The notes: generated by a model from the sequence alone, not told the origin. Positions 25,613 to 35,206 are shown, numbered from the stretch's first letter. The stretch is DNA of 56,338 bases from Patescibacteria group bacterium (GCA_040390725.1 JAZJXT010000001.1:218586-274923); one strand, 5' to 3'. Numbers and translations: made by a program.

Positions 25613-27326
25613 TTTTATTTTTAGAACCAGAATTTTATCTTTTTGTATATTATTTTTTGCTTTTATTTTAATAGCAAAGCTTTTTTGGGTGCAAGTAATT
25701 CATAAAAATACTTATTCAGACCTGGCTGACAGGCAGTATGCCACTCCATCGTCTGATATTTTTGAACGCGGATCTATTTTTTTTACGCGCAAGGACGGAG
25801 TTTTGGTTTCTGGTGCTAGTCAGGCCTCTGGTTTCAAGCTTGCGGTTGACCCAAATAAAATTACTGATACTGCGGGTTCATATGAAAAATTAAAAAATAT
25901 AATTACCTTGAATCAGGATGATTTTATTTTAAAAGCAAGTAAAAAAAATGATCCTTATGAAGAAATTACAGATAGAATTTCAAAAGACAATGCTGATGCT
26001 GTCTCTTTGTTAAAAATCCCCGGTGTTTCTATTTTTAAAGAAAAATGGCGTTTTTATCCCGGGGGGGATATGGCTGCACACACTTTGGGCTTTGTAGGCT
26101 TTAAGGGCAATGATTTAGGTGGACGTTATGGACTGGAAAGACAATATGATAATATTTTGTCACGCAATAAAGATAATCCTTATGTGAATTTTTTTGCTGA
26201 AGTTTTTTCAAATATAAATAAGCATTTATTTAAGAGTGATACTATAGCGGGTGATGTAGTTACGAGCATCGAGCCCGTGGTGCAAGGATTTTTAAGTCAA
26301 AAATTAAATGAAGTAGAAATGAAATATAATGCAGATGCTATTGGCGGTATAATCATGGATCCAAAGACAGGGTCTATTTATGCTCTTGATGCCAAGCCAA
26401 GTTTTAATCCGAATGATTTTTCTAAAGTTAAAAATCCAAAAACTTTTGCAAATCCATTGGTAGAAAATGTATTTGAATTTGGCTCAGTGGTGAAGCCTCT
26501 CGTGATGGCAGCAGGACTCGACACTGGTGTGGTGACAGCCGATACAAAATACAACGATACGGGCTCTGTGATAGTCGAGAAAAAACAAATATTTAACTTT
26601 GATAAAAAAGGAAGAGGTCCGGGTACGAGCATGCAGGATGTTTTGAATCAATCTTTGAATACCGGAATGGTTTTTGTTTTTCATAAACTTGGCAAGCAAA
26701 ATATGCACGATTATATGCTTTCCTATGGCATTAAAGATAAAACAGGAATTGATTTACCAAATGAAACCAGCGGACTTATAGGAAATTTGACTAATAATTT
26801 AAAAAACGCGCGGGAAATAGAATATGCCAATGCTTCATTCGGGCAAGGTATTGCCATGACCCCGATAGAAATAACTCGCGCATTGGCATCACTTTCAAAT
26901 GGAGGTAACTTGGTTGTTCCACACTTGGTGCAAACGATAAAATACGACGATGGAACAGAGAAAAATATCACATATCCGACATCGCGTGTAAAAATATCAG
27001 AAGCATCCGCCACGGAAATAACTCGGATGCTAGTTACGGTGATGGATAAATCCCTAAAAGGTGGAAATGCAAAACTAGATCATTATTCTGTCGCAGTAAA
27101 AACAGGAACAGCGCAAGTTGCAAAGGAGGGTGGGGGAGGATATTATGAAGACAGACATACGCATTCGTTTTTCGGGTATTTCCCGGCTTATGATCCTAGG
27201 TTTATAGTTTTTCTTTATGCAGTGAATCCTAAAAATGTGCAGTATGCCTCGCAGACATGGGCAGATCCTTTTTTGGATATTACAAAGTTTTTATTAAATT
27301 ATTATGAAGTTCCACCAGACAGATGA
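25602..27326 (+). CDS. ftsI: Penicillin-binding protein 2/FtsI-type transpeptidase
   Basis: 574 aa. N-terminal TM and dimerisation domain, then a transpeptidase region with FEFGSVVKP (SxxK), SLNTG (SxN) and KTGTA. Confidence 0.88.
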   Translation: MNSSFIFRTRILSFCILFFAFILIAKLFWVQVIHKNTYSDLADRQYATPSSDIFERGSIFFTRKDGVLVSGASQASGFKLAVDPNKITDTAGSYEKLKNIITLNQDDFILKASKKNDPYEEITDRISKDNADAVSLLKIPGVSIFKEKWRFYPGGDMAAHTLGFVGFKGNDLGGRYGLERQYDNILSRNKDNPYVNFFAEVFSNINKHLFKSDTIAGDVVTSIEPVVQGFLSQKLNEVEMKYNADAIGGIIMDPKTGSIYALDAKPSFNPNDFSKVKNPKTFANPLVENVFEFGSVVKPLVMAAGLDTGVVTADTKYNDTGSVIVEKKQIFNFDKKGRGPGTSMQDVLNQSLNTGMVFVFHKLGKQNMHDYMLSYGIKDKTGIDLPNETSGLIGNLTNNLKNAREIEYANASFGQGIAMTPIEITRALASLSNGGNLVVPHLVQTIKYDDGTEKNITYPTSRVKISEASATEITRMLVTVMDKSLKGGNAKLDHYSVAVKTGTAQVAKEGGGGYYEDRHTHSFFGYFPAYDPRFIVFLYAVNPKNVQYASQTWADPFLDITKFLLNYYEVPPDR

Positions 27327-28627
27327 AAGATTTATTTAAAAAAATAATTATATATGTTTTACGAGTGGAGTCACAGCTCGTTCTTTGGAAGTATAAACCA
27401 AAAATCGTAGCTATAACAGGATCAGTCGGCAAGACTTCTACCAAGGATGCAGTTTATGCGGTCATTTCAAAAGTTGCTTATGTTCGCAAGAGTCAAAAAA
27501 GTTTTAATTCTGAAATAGGTTTACCACTTACTATCTTGGGCATCCCAAATGGTTGGAATAGCCCTTCAGCTTGGCTTCAAAATATTTTGAAAGGTCTGTG
27601 GCTTTTTATTAATCCATTTCCGTCTCACAAATATCCTGAGTGGTTGGTGCTCGAGGTGGGCGTAGGTAAGCCGGGTGATATGAAAAAAACAGCCTCATGG
27701 TTAAAAACCGATGCAGTGATAATCACAGCAATAGGCGATACTCCTGTTCATATAGAATTTTTTAATTCACGCGAACATTTAATAGAAGAAAAAAGCGGGC
27801 TTATAAAAACCTTAAAAAAAGATGGCTTGCTAGTTTTGAATGCAGATGATGAAGCTGTCCTCGGCATGAAAATAAAAAGTAAAAATCGCGTTGTGACATA
27901 TGGCTTTAAAGAAGGCGCCGATGTTTTAGGTTCTGGTGATAGTATTTTCTATGAAAATGATAAAAATCCAACAGGGATAATTTTCCGAACGGATGCCGGG
28001 GGTAGTAGCTTGCCTGTTATTATCGAAGGTGTATTTGGCAGAAATCATATTTATGCATCCCTTGCGTCACTCGCACTTTCCTTTGGATTAAAATTTAATA
28101 TGTTGAGTGCTGTAGATGCCTTGAAAAGTTATGAATTCCCCGCGGGTAGGATGCGCTTAATATCCGGGATAAATGAAAGTTTGATTATTGATGATACTTA
28201 TAATTCTTCGCCTTTTGCATGTGAGTCAGCGTTAAAAACCTTGGGTGAAGTAAAATCTCAAGGGAGGAAGGTGGCTGTTTTGGGTGACATGTTAGAATTA
28301 GGCAAGCACACGGAAGAAGCACATAAAAATATTGGCCGGATTGCAAAAGAAAATGCTGATGTTTTAGTTGTTGTAGGACAAAGAGCAAAAGATATAGAAG
28401 TCGGTGCACTTGAGGCAGGAATGAAAAAAGAAAATATTTTAGAATATAATAATTCTTTTGAGGCAGGGGAGTTTCTAAAAACTTTTGTAAAAAAAAGAGA
28501 CTTAGTTTTAGTAAAAGGCTCGCAAGGCATGCGTATGGAAAAAATAGTTGAACAAATAATGTTGCATCCGGAAGAAAAAGAAAATTTATTAGTCAGGCAA
28601 GAGAAAGAGTGGCTGGCAAAAAAATAA
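27323..28627 (+). CDS. murF: UDP-N-acetylmuramoyl-tripeptide--D-alanyl-D-alanine ligase
   Basis: 434 aa Mur ligase. ITGSVGKTSTKD P-loop, IDDTYNSSP, GDMLELG. Confidence 0.88.
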   Translation: MKDLFKKIIIYVLRVESQLVLWKYKPKIVAITGSVGKTSTKDAVYAVISKVAYVRKSQKSFNSEIGLPLTILGIPNGWNSPSAWLQNILKGLWLFINPFPSHKYPEWLVLEVGVGKPGDMKKTASWLKTDAVIITAIGDTPVHIEFFNSREHLIEEKSGLIKTLKKDGLLVLNADDEAVLGMKIKSKNRVVTYGFKEGADVLGSGDSIFYENDKNPTGIIFRTDAGGSSLPVIIEGVFGRNHIYASLASLALSFGLKFNMLSAVDALKSYEFPAGRMRLISGINESLIIDDTYNSSPFACESALKTLGEVKSQGRKVAVLGDMLELGKHTEEAHKNIGRIAKENADVLVVVGQRAKDIEVGALEAGMKKENILEYNNSFEAGEFLKTFVKKRDLVLVKGSQGMRMEKIVEQIMLHPEEKENLLVRQEKEWLAKK

Positions 28628-28785
28628 AATTTGCAATTTATTTTTATTTATGCTATATTATTAGCATAAAAGTTCTTCAAAAAATTTGAGCGTATGTTTG
28701 AAAAGTCATGAAAACAACCGGATATTTTATCGGGTTATGTGATGACTTTTCAAATAACTCTCAACTTTTTTACACACAAAACAAT

Positions 28786-29205
28786 ATGGAAAATAAGTTT
28801 TTACGCAAAGCCTTTTGGCGAACACTATTAGTGCTTATATTAGCACCCACCCTTTTTTTAGGGATATACTATCGCCATCAATTTGATGGCACAAAAGTCG
28901 CAAGGATTCAAAATTCTTTTTACGACGAAAAAGAAAAAGTCTGGAAGTGCTATCTTCAGCTAGCTGAGGACAGTACAAACACTTTTGCGCCAAAAACTTA
29001 CATTGCTTGTTATGATGGCAATGACCCTGATCTCCTGAAGTATTTTTCAAGACAGAAAAGTTTAGCTGTGAAGTTTGATAACTTTCAGGAAGAGATGTGG
29101 GTTTATATACATCATAACGGTGAACTCTTCGGTACATTAAACTCCGTCGAAATCGATGGGACTTATGTAGCTGAAAACAATAACAAATTATCCGGCCTAC
29201 CATAG
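28786..29205 (+). CDS. Hypothetical membrane-anchored protein (about 139 aa)
   Basis: I prefer the ATG at 28786 (MENKFLRKAFWRTLLVLILAPTLF...). The track start at 28708 lies inside a long hairpin. Confidence 0.45.
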   Translation: MENKFLRKAFWRTLLVLILAPTLFLGIYYRHQFDGTKVARIQNSFYDEKEKVWKCYLQLAEDSTNTFAPKTYIACYDGNDPDLLKYFSRQKSLAVKFDNFQEEMWVYIHHNGELFGTLNSVEIDGTYVAENNNKLSGLP

Positions 29206-29218
29206 GCCGGTTTTTTTT
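29192..29218 (+). terminator. Rho-independent terminator CCGGCCT-ACCAT-AGGCCGG + T8
   Basis: 7-bp GC-rich stem followed by TTTTTTTT. Overlaps the stop of ORF 28786..29205. Confidence 0.8.
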
Positions 29219-29232
29219 CGCGTATTTTAATT

Positions 29233-29568
29233 TTAGTCGTTTATTTTATCGGCTATCCAGTTTATGAAAGATACTGCAAAAGCTCCAATAAAAGCTGCTT
29301 CGAGTCCGTAAATTTTAAAACCGGAAATTATTACGGAAGGGAACCAGAAAAACAAAACATTTAATGCTATTGAAAAAAGTCCGAAAGTGACTATCGTTAA
29401 AGGCAAAGTAAGGATTTTCAAAATTGGTTTTATTATCGAGTGAATAAAATACAAAATCGCTCCGATAATGAGAGCTATCCACCAAGGACTCACGCTGATA
29501 GTGGGCATAAAATAAGCCAATCCGTAAACTGTTCCCGAAAGTATTAACCAGTGTAATATTATTTTCAT
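29233..29568 (-). CDS. YvlD/DUF360 (phage holin family IV-like) membrane protein
   Basis: 111 aa with 4 TM segments. IKPILKILTLPLTIVTFGLFSIALNVLFFW matches the family core pattern. Confidence 0.7.
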   Translation of the reverse strand: MKIILHWLILSGTVYGLAYFMPTISVSPWWIALIIGAILYFIHSIIKPILKILTLPLTIVTFGLFSIALNVLFFWFPSVIISGFKIYGLEAAFIGAFAVSFINWIADKIND

Positions 29569-29607
29569 AATTAAAGTATACCATATTTAAATAATAGGCA
29601 AAAAAAT

Positions 29608-29632
29608 AAACGGCCCCGAGGAGCCGTTTTTT
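29608..29632. terminator. Bidirectional hairpin AAACGGC-CCCGAGGA-GCCGTTT with flanking A and T tracts
   Basis: Read on the - strand it follows the stop of ORF 29652..31055 and ends in a T-rich tract. Confidence 0.55.
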
Positions 29633-29651
29633 GCATTAAAATTTTGGAAGG

Positions 29652-31055
29652 TCAATTAAATTTTGCTTTGCTTCCATGGAGGGGTATGCCCTTTTCATGT
29701 AAATCTCTTCTCACAATGGTCTGCTTTACATCAATTCTGCGTCCATCTCTGAGGGTGCGGGGATGATCTTTTCGAACGTGTGGTTCATCAAGTTCCGCAC
29801 CGGTTTTAACAACAATACCTTTTTGCCTACTAATTGAAACAAAAGTAATTGTTCCTCTGCTAACCTCGTGCCATGCTTGTACTTCATCATCTACAATCTC
29901 TTGTTCTAAATTAACAGGAGGTGAAGGATGTACGACTTGCATAGTTTGGGGTATTGCATTGGTTGTGTTGACTTCAGAAGAAGGACTTGAAAACCAATTG
30001 GAAAATAAGTTTACAAGCCAAGACTTTTTACGTTTCGGACTTTTTACTTCTACTGGTGGCTCCATACTTTTATCGTAAATAATTTTTCCGATACCGTTTA
30101 TTAGAAACGTCAAAGTATGAGTATTCCAGTCTTTAGCAATTGCCTTTAATGTACTTTCGTCGTCTTGCTTTCCTTTTTCCTCCCTTTTTACTTCCATGAG
30201 GTCTAATTCCAGCCAGTCGTACTCATCTTTAAGTACGCCAAATATTTTTCCACTTAGGATATTTATCCGGAAGGAAATAAAGGCGTATTGTCTGTCGAGC
30301 CATTCACTCAGGCTAGGGATTACCTTGTCCAACATTTTCGATATTTTTACTTTGTCGGGTTTGTTTTTATCCACGAGCTTAATCATTTCTTTGATTAAGG
30401 TTCGTTGGTCATCCCTCAGTAAAAAGTTATGAACTTGTTCAGGTATCAATAAAACCCTTAAAAAGGCGCCTTCCCTGCATACAATAAAGTTTTTGTAGAA
30501 AACGACTTCCTGTTCTTTGCTTTTAGGAATACTGGCAATTGGCTTACTTAGTGTTAGCATCCAGTGGTCGTAAGGCATACTATCTAAAAAACTTTTTTGG
30601 CAAGGGTCTACTAAAGGAATTTTTTCCGGGTGTGAAACCTCCATCACTTTTCTTGTTTCAAGCCATTTGTGCAGAAACCAAGGAAATGTAGAAGTATTAT
30701 CATTTCCGGCAAGCTCAGCAAAATCAGCTCGATCAGAGATTTGTTCTCGGAGTGCTGTAGGAACTCTTGGAAGAAATTGGTATGGATCAAATATTCCACC
30801 ATTCTTTTCCAATGATGTTCTAAGGCGTGTGTATCCTTCAATAGCTCGCCCAAGGTTTCCTCTTTCTGTAAGTTCAGACCCTATCATTGGGGGAGAAAAT
30901 ACTGAAAAAATTTCTAATTCTCTTAAATCCGGATCTTTGTTGAACATCAAATTAAACAAAAAAAGCATCTGTGCATTGAGGTTTATGTCCTCCCAAAATT
31001 TAAGGGAATCAATAAGGTGATCCAAGGATACCTTGGTTGGCGGGGTTTTTTTCAT
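29652..31055 (-). CDS. Large orphan protein (467 aa), no recognisable domain; basic C-terminal tail
   Basis: Uninterrupted ATG-initiated ORF with its own terminator. The C-terminus is HVRKDHPRTLRDGRRIDVKQTIVRRDLHEKG. Confidence 0.6.
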   Translation of the reverse strand: MKKTPPTKVSLDHLIDSLKFWEDINLNAQMLFLFNLMFNKDPDLRELEIFSVFSPPMIGSELTERGNLGRAIEGYTRLRTSLEKNGGIFDPYQFLPRVPTALREQISDRADFAELAGNDNTSTFPWFLHKWLETRKVMEVSHPEKIPLVDPCQKSFLDSMPYDHWMLTLSKPIASIPKSKEQEVVFYKNFIVCREGAFLRVLLIPEQVHNFLLRDDQRTLIKEMIKLVDKNKPDKVKISKMLDKVIPSLSEWLDRQYAFISFRINILSGKIFGVLKDEYDWLELDLMEVKREEKGKQDDESTLKAIAKDWNTHTLTFLINGIGKIIYDKSMEPPVEVKSPKRKKSWLVNLFSNWFSSPSSEVNTTNAIPQTMQVVHPSPPVNLEQEIVDDEVQAWHEVSRGTITFVSISRQKGIVVKTGAELDEPHVRKDHPRTLRDGRRIDVKQTIVRRDLHEKGIPLHGSKAKFN

Positions 31056-31149
31056 GGTGTGTGTGATTTAGGGGGTTGCGGTGAAATTTAATTTTCAAAT
31101 AATGATTTCCTGCATTCTAGCATAGGTTTTTTGAGTAGTCAAAAAAATG

Positions 31150-31221
31150 TGACCCTACAGAGAATCGAACTCTGATTTGATCCTTGAGAAGGACCCGTCC
31201 TAACCGTTAGACGATAGGGCC
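31150..31221 (-). tRNA. tRNA-Glu (anticodon CUC)
   Basis: The reverse complement is identical to the tRNA-Glu(UUC) at 14161 outside the anticodon arm. Anticodon stem GGTCC/GGATC with loop TTCTCAA. Confidence 0.9.
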
Positions 31222-31396
31222 AAAAAGTAATTAAACAGTTAACTACAAGGAAAAATATAACATTTTTTAGAAAAAAGGCAAAAAAATATGTCTCAACGGG
31301 GAGAAGAGACACATCATTCAATATTCAATTAATCAAAAAGAAGTAAAGTTTTTTCCCTGGCGGGACTTTACAAGTATATTTAAGGAGATTCTTATG

Positions 31397-31738
31397 CTAC
31401 TTAACCCGTATATTAGTAGTATATTTTTTTTCAATTTCGGGAGGAGGAACCAAGACCAGTCCTATTTTTTCAGGTGGGTCAACTTTCACGATAACAAAAT
31501 GTTTTGTTTCTCTTTCTCCTTCGTCGAAGAAAAACCCCTTTTTCCCCTTATTTTCTCCCAATAATTTTCTTCCAAGATTTGAAGAAAATGGAATAATTTT
31601 TATTTTTTCCGAAAGTTGGTGTTTTTCTATTAGTCCATCTTCTAATAGAATACCGTATACTGTATACAGTACTTCCCATTGACTGTTTGTGACATGATAT
31701 TTAATGCCACTACCAAATTCAGCGCTTCTTTGTGTCAT
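31397..31738 (-). CDS. GreA/GreB C-terminal-domain-like protein (Rnk-like), about 113 aa
   Basis: IIPFSSNLGRKLLGENKGKKGFFFDEGERETKHFVIVKV resembles the GreA C-terminal motif S.LG.ALLG...GD.....I..I. I prefer the ATG at 31738 over the hydrophobic track extension. Confidence 0.4.
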   Translation of the reverse strand: MTQRSAEFGSGIKYHVTNSQWEVLYTVYGILLEDGLIEKHQLSEKIKIIPFSSNLGRKLLGENKGKKGFFFDEGERETKHFVIVKVDPPEKIGLVLVPPPEIEKKYTTNIRVK

Positions 31739-31841
31739 AAGAAAATAAAATTGTGTGAAAAAAACAATACTATAAAAGGTACAAAATACCCTCATCTATA
31801 ATAGGAAATTAAAAATTTAAAGTCAATTTTAAAAAGGGGGA

Positions 31842-32891
31842 TTACTCTTCGAGGTTAGGTTTCTCAATTTCTAGCACTGTTAACTCTGGGGAAGTTCCGG
31901 TGATGCGCATCACGTCTTTATCTATCTTTTTTAATTCTTTATTTGATGCATTGTAGTGGTTTGCGACGGTACTAAGAGCATTGCCGAGCTTGCCGTGATA
32001 TTCTTCATATGATTTTAAATGCTTGCCCAGGTCTTCTACTTTTTTAATTATTTCTTTTGCGGATTCTTCTATTTGCAAAGCCTTGAGTCCTTGCAATACA
32101 GTCTGTAAATATGCGAGGAATGAAGTAGGGGATGTGATGATGACTTTATATTTTCCCGCCGCGCGCTGGATGAGGTTTTCATTTTCTTCGTCTTTCAGTC
32201 CGCCGATTTTATTGGTTAGTAAATCGTAATAAATAGCTTCGTGGGGGATAAACATAAATGCAAAGTCAGTAGTGCCTTGTGATGGTTGCACATATTTTGC
32301 AGTTTCCACTATTCTATTTTTTAAATCATTTACGAAAATAGTTTCCAGTCTTTTTTTCTCGCCGGTGTCTGTGGCTTCTGCCATTCTGTTGTAGTTCTCC
32401 AATGAGAATTTGGAATCTATCGGAATTATTTTATCTTTTACGAATACCACTGCGTCGACGATAGTACTGTCGGCAAAAGGGTATTGCATTTGATAACTCC
32501 CAGGTGGCAAAACATTTTTTAAAACAGTTTCTAAATAATATTCGCCCAAGATTCCGCGTTGTTTTGGATTCTTTAAAATGTTTTGCAAATCTTGCAACTG
32601 GTCCGCAAAGCCTACGACTTGCTTTTGCCCTTCGGACACACGGGTCAATTCTTCCGTTATTTCACGGATTATTTTATTTGATTCTCGTGAATTTATTAGT
32701 AGGGTATTGCTCATGTCTTTATGAGTTTCGCCTATTTTACTATCTACTCTGTGCGCCAATTCATTTATTTGTTGGAGTATTAAGCTTAGCCCTGTATCGT
32801 CTTTCTTCTCTTCTTTTTTACGCCCAAAAATAAAGTAAGCTACTACGCCTCCACCCAAAACTCCCAAAATTATCCAAATAATATTTTCCAT
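31842..32891 (-). CDS. rmuC: DNA recombination protein RmuC
   Basis: 349 aa. N-terminal TM, coiled coil, and an RmuC nuclease-like core (DAVVFVKDKIIPIDSKFSLENY, FMFIPHEAIY). Confidence 0.85.
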   Translation of the reverse strand: MENIIWIILGVLGGGVVAYFIFGRKKEEKKDDTGLSLILQQINELAHRVDSKIGETHKDMSNTLLINSRESNKIIREITEELTRVSEGQKQVVGFADQLQDLQNILKNPKQRGILGEYYLETVLKNVLPPGSYQMQYPFADSTIVDAVVFVKDKIIPIDSKFSLENYNRMAEATDTGEKKRLETIFVNDLKNRIVETAKYVQPSQGTTDFAFMFIPHEAIYYDLLTNKIGGLKDEENENLIQRAAGKYKVIITSPTSFLAYLQTVLQGLKALQIEESAKEIIKKVEDLGKHLKSYEEYHGKLGNALSTVANHYNASNKELKKIDKDVMRITGTSPELTVLEIEKPNLEE

Positions 32892-33111
32892 AGGTATATT
32901 CTACCAATATTTAAAACAATAAAATAGAGCTTGACTTTTATCACTATTCATGATAAGCTTTTTAGTGAAAAAAGATCCTTGAAAAATATCGATTTTCCTT
33001 TGTTATTTACCAAGTTCGTTACGGCTTAAGCCTTAATTATTTTGGTTAATAACAATAGGAGTATCCCCGAAAATCCTTTAAAGAGTAGGGGTAATCAATA
33101 ATAGATAAACA

Positions 33112-33477
33112 ATGAAAAATTTATTTTTTCTCGCATTTGTATTTTTCTTTTCTTTTAGTGCTCAGGCTCAAAAAACTAAAAAAGTTGTTAGCAACCATGT
33201 TTACGTAGGGGGTGGAGCTTCTATGTATATTTTTAACTCCAGTAAATATGAAAAGTTTAAGATGATAGTTGATTCTTTGAAGATTTCCGATAAAGCTTAT
33301 TCAATGGCTTTAGATTCAATGAATTTCTACAAAAAGGAGGTTGATTGGTTTATTGCAAAAGTAGAAGCTTTTGAAAAGCAGAAAGAATCTCAACAAGTAC
33401 CGGCAGTTGCTATTCAAAAAAAGGATACATCTGAAGAAACATTAGAGGGTTTTGGGGATTGTTTCCCGCCTAGATAG
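33112..33477 (+). CDS. Small secreted protein (121 aa, signal peptide)
   Basis: N-terminus MKNLFFLAFVFFFSFSAQAQ is a typical Sec signal peptide. Confidence 0.5.
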   Translation: MKNLFFLAFVFFFSFSAQAQKTKKVVSNHVYVGGGASMYIFNSSKYEKFKMIVDSLKISDKAYSMALDSMNFYKKEVDWFIAKVEAFEKQKESQQVPAVAIQKKDTSEETLEGFGDCFPPR

Positions 33478-33548
33478 AGTTTTAGTGAATAGGCAGATTT
33501 TCTCAGAAAAGTTCAAAAAAAAGAAAGTAAAATTTAAAAAAGTCAGTT

Positions 33549-34028
33549 ATGAAAAAATCAGTTTTATTTTTTCTCTTAGTAATTCTTATGGGATTCAGAG
33601 AAGTTTACGCCCAAGACACAACAATCGTTAGAGGTACAGTTGTGTATGATACACATTTTAAGGAGGGAGATAAAAATTTTCACTTAAAGTATGTGGCACA
33701 CCATAAGGGTGAGTTTATGTTTATGTGTACTACCTTTGACAAGCCTTATGACAACCTTATGGTTTTAAATGAGCTCTGGTATGAAAATCAGAAGCTTGAT
33801 TTAACTTATCGTGATCAGGGGAAATTACCACTTTCTATTTTTAAGATCACTACTGAAACAGTCGGTGATTTAAAATCTGTTTTGGTGGTAGAGGGCCATC
33901 CGCGTCTTTTGTCTATATTTAAAAATGCAGATGAATATCCTCAAACAGAGGTTTTTAAGATGTATTTTTTACCAGTCAAAAAAGATGGAGTAGAAACATT
34001 TCGGCAAATAGAGCCTGGAGAAAAGTAA
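33549..34028 (+). CDS. Small secreted protein (159 aa, signal peptide)
   Basis: N-terminus MKKSVLFFLLVILMGFREVYAQ. Followed by a strong terminator. Confidence 0.5.
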   Translation: MKKSVLFFLLVILMGFREVYAQDTTIVRGTVVYDTHFKEGDKNFHLKYVAHHKGEFMFMCTTFDKPYDNLMVLNELWYENQKLDLTYRDQGKLPLSIFKITTETVGDLKSVLVVEGHPRLLSIFKNADEYPQTEVFKMYFLPVKKDGVETFRQIEPGEK

Positions 34029-34050
34029 GATTTAACAAACGAAGAGAGTT

Positions 34051-34084
34051 GAGGGTATGGATATTCCGTACCCTCTTTTTTTTA
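34051..34084 (+). terminator. Rho-independent terminator GAGGGTATGG-ATATT-CCGTACCCTC + T9
   Basis: 10-bp stem with one G-U pair, followed by TTTTTTTTT. Confidence 0.8.
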
Positions 34085-34258
34085 TTTATTCAAAAAATGT
34101 TCCAATGTATAAATCCAATCTTCTTCCATACCCTCGCTTTGTTTTTTCCGCCAGTTTTGCGCTAGGCAAGACCTAACGCAGAGATTAAAAAAAGGGGGGA
34201 TATAAAAACTAGAAAATTACAATATTGAATCCCTCTTTTGTTACAGGAGGGATTTTTT

Positions 34259-35188
34259 TTATTTAAACCTCTTTCTAAATTTATTTGCGAGCATTGTGTA
34301 GCACAGTTGTGCTGCGCCGTATTCGGTGAGGACGGTTTCTTTTTGGGGGGAGACTTCTACGATGTCCGCGCCTACTAATTCTTTTTTATTTATTATTTTT
34401 TCCAAAAGGTTTATTCCATACCACCATTCGAGTCCGCCTTGCACTGCTGTGCCTGTACCAGGCATATATGCCGGGTCAAAGCCGTCTACGTCTATGGTAA
34501 TGTAAACATACTTTGTTTTAATAGCTTTCATGATTGTGTTTACGGAAGGAGGTTGCCAAGTTTTATTCCCCTCTTGAGGGGTGGCTTTAGCCGGGGTGGA
34601 GGTACCCCACTCAAAAGTTTTTACATTATTTTTAGGATTGCTGAAATAATTGTATTCATCGCGGGAATAAGTACGGATGCCGACTTGGACAAGAGGGAAG
34701 CCGAGCTCACTCGCTCGACGCATCACGCAAGAGTGCGCGTAGTTTGAAGGGTCGTCGCTATAATCGCCATCATCATTGCGTAAATCGCAATGCGCGTCTA
34801 TTTGTACTATCGTCACATCTTTTGATTTGTGTTTTTTAGATAAAGCTTGTAATGCGCCAAGCGATACCGAATGCTCTCCGCCTAAAAGAAAAATAAATTT
34901 TCCGTCTTCTCCTAATTTAACGCATTTGTCGGTAATTATTCCCAAAGCTTTTTCTGGAGCGTATTTATCCAAATTGCCTAGGTCAAATTTTGCAGTTTTT
35001 ATAAAATCTGTTGGTTCGCATTTGAACTTACGGTCAAAGAATTCTATTTGTCTTGAAAGCTGTCCGATAACTGCCTTTGGGCCTTCTGCTGTACCTTTGT
35101 GTGAAGATGCAGTTTTTTCATAGCTCGCAGAGAGCAATACTACATCTGCCTTTTTAATATCTTTTTCGTTTATTATTGATTCAGTCAT
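34259..35188 (-). CDS. speB: Agmatinase / arginase-family ureohydrolase
   Basis: 309 aa. Mn-binding motifs GGEHSVS, IDAHCDL and DVDGFDP. Confidence 0.85.
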   Translation of the reverse strand: MTESIINEKDIKKADVVLLSASYEKTASSHKGTAEGPKAVIGQLSRQIEFFDRKFKCEPTDFIKTAKFDLGNLDKYAPEKALGIITDKCVKLGEDGKFIFLLGGEHSVSLGALQALSKKHKSKDVTIVQIDAHCDLRNDDGDYSDDPSNYAHSCVMRRASELGFPLVQVGIRTYSRDEYNYFSNPKNNVKTFEWGTSTPAKATPQEGNKTWQPPSVNTIMKAIKTKYVYITIDVDGFDPAYMPGTGTAVQGGLEWWYGINLLEKIINKKELVGADIVEVSPQKETVLTEYGAAQLCYTMLANKFRKRFK

Positions 35189-35206
35189 ATTTTTTTAATT
35201 AATTTT

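Noticed and set aside
34086-34258. Possible small RNA between the secreted-protein terminator and speB (hairpins GCGCTAGG/CCTAACGC and ATCCCTC/GAGGGAT followed by a T tract)
   Set aside because: No convincing promoter was seen, and the second hairpin can be explained as the speB-side bidirectional terminator. There is insufficient evidence.
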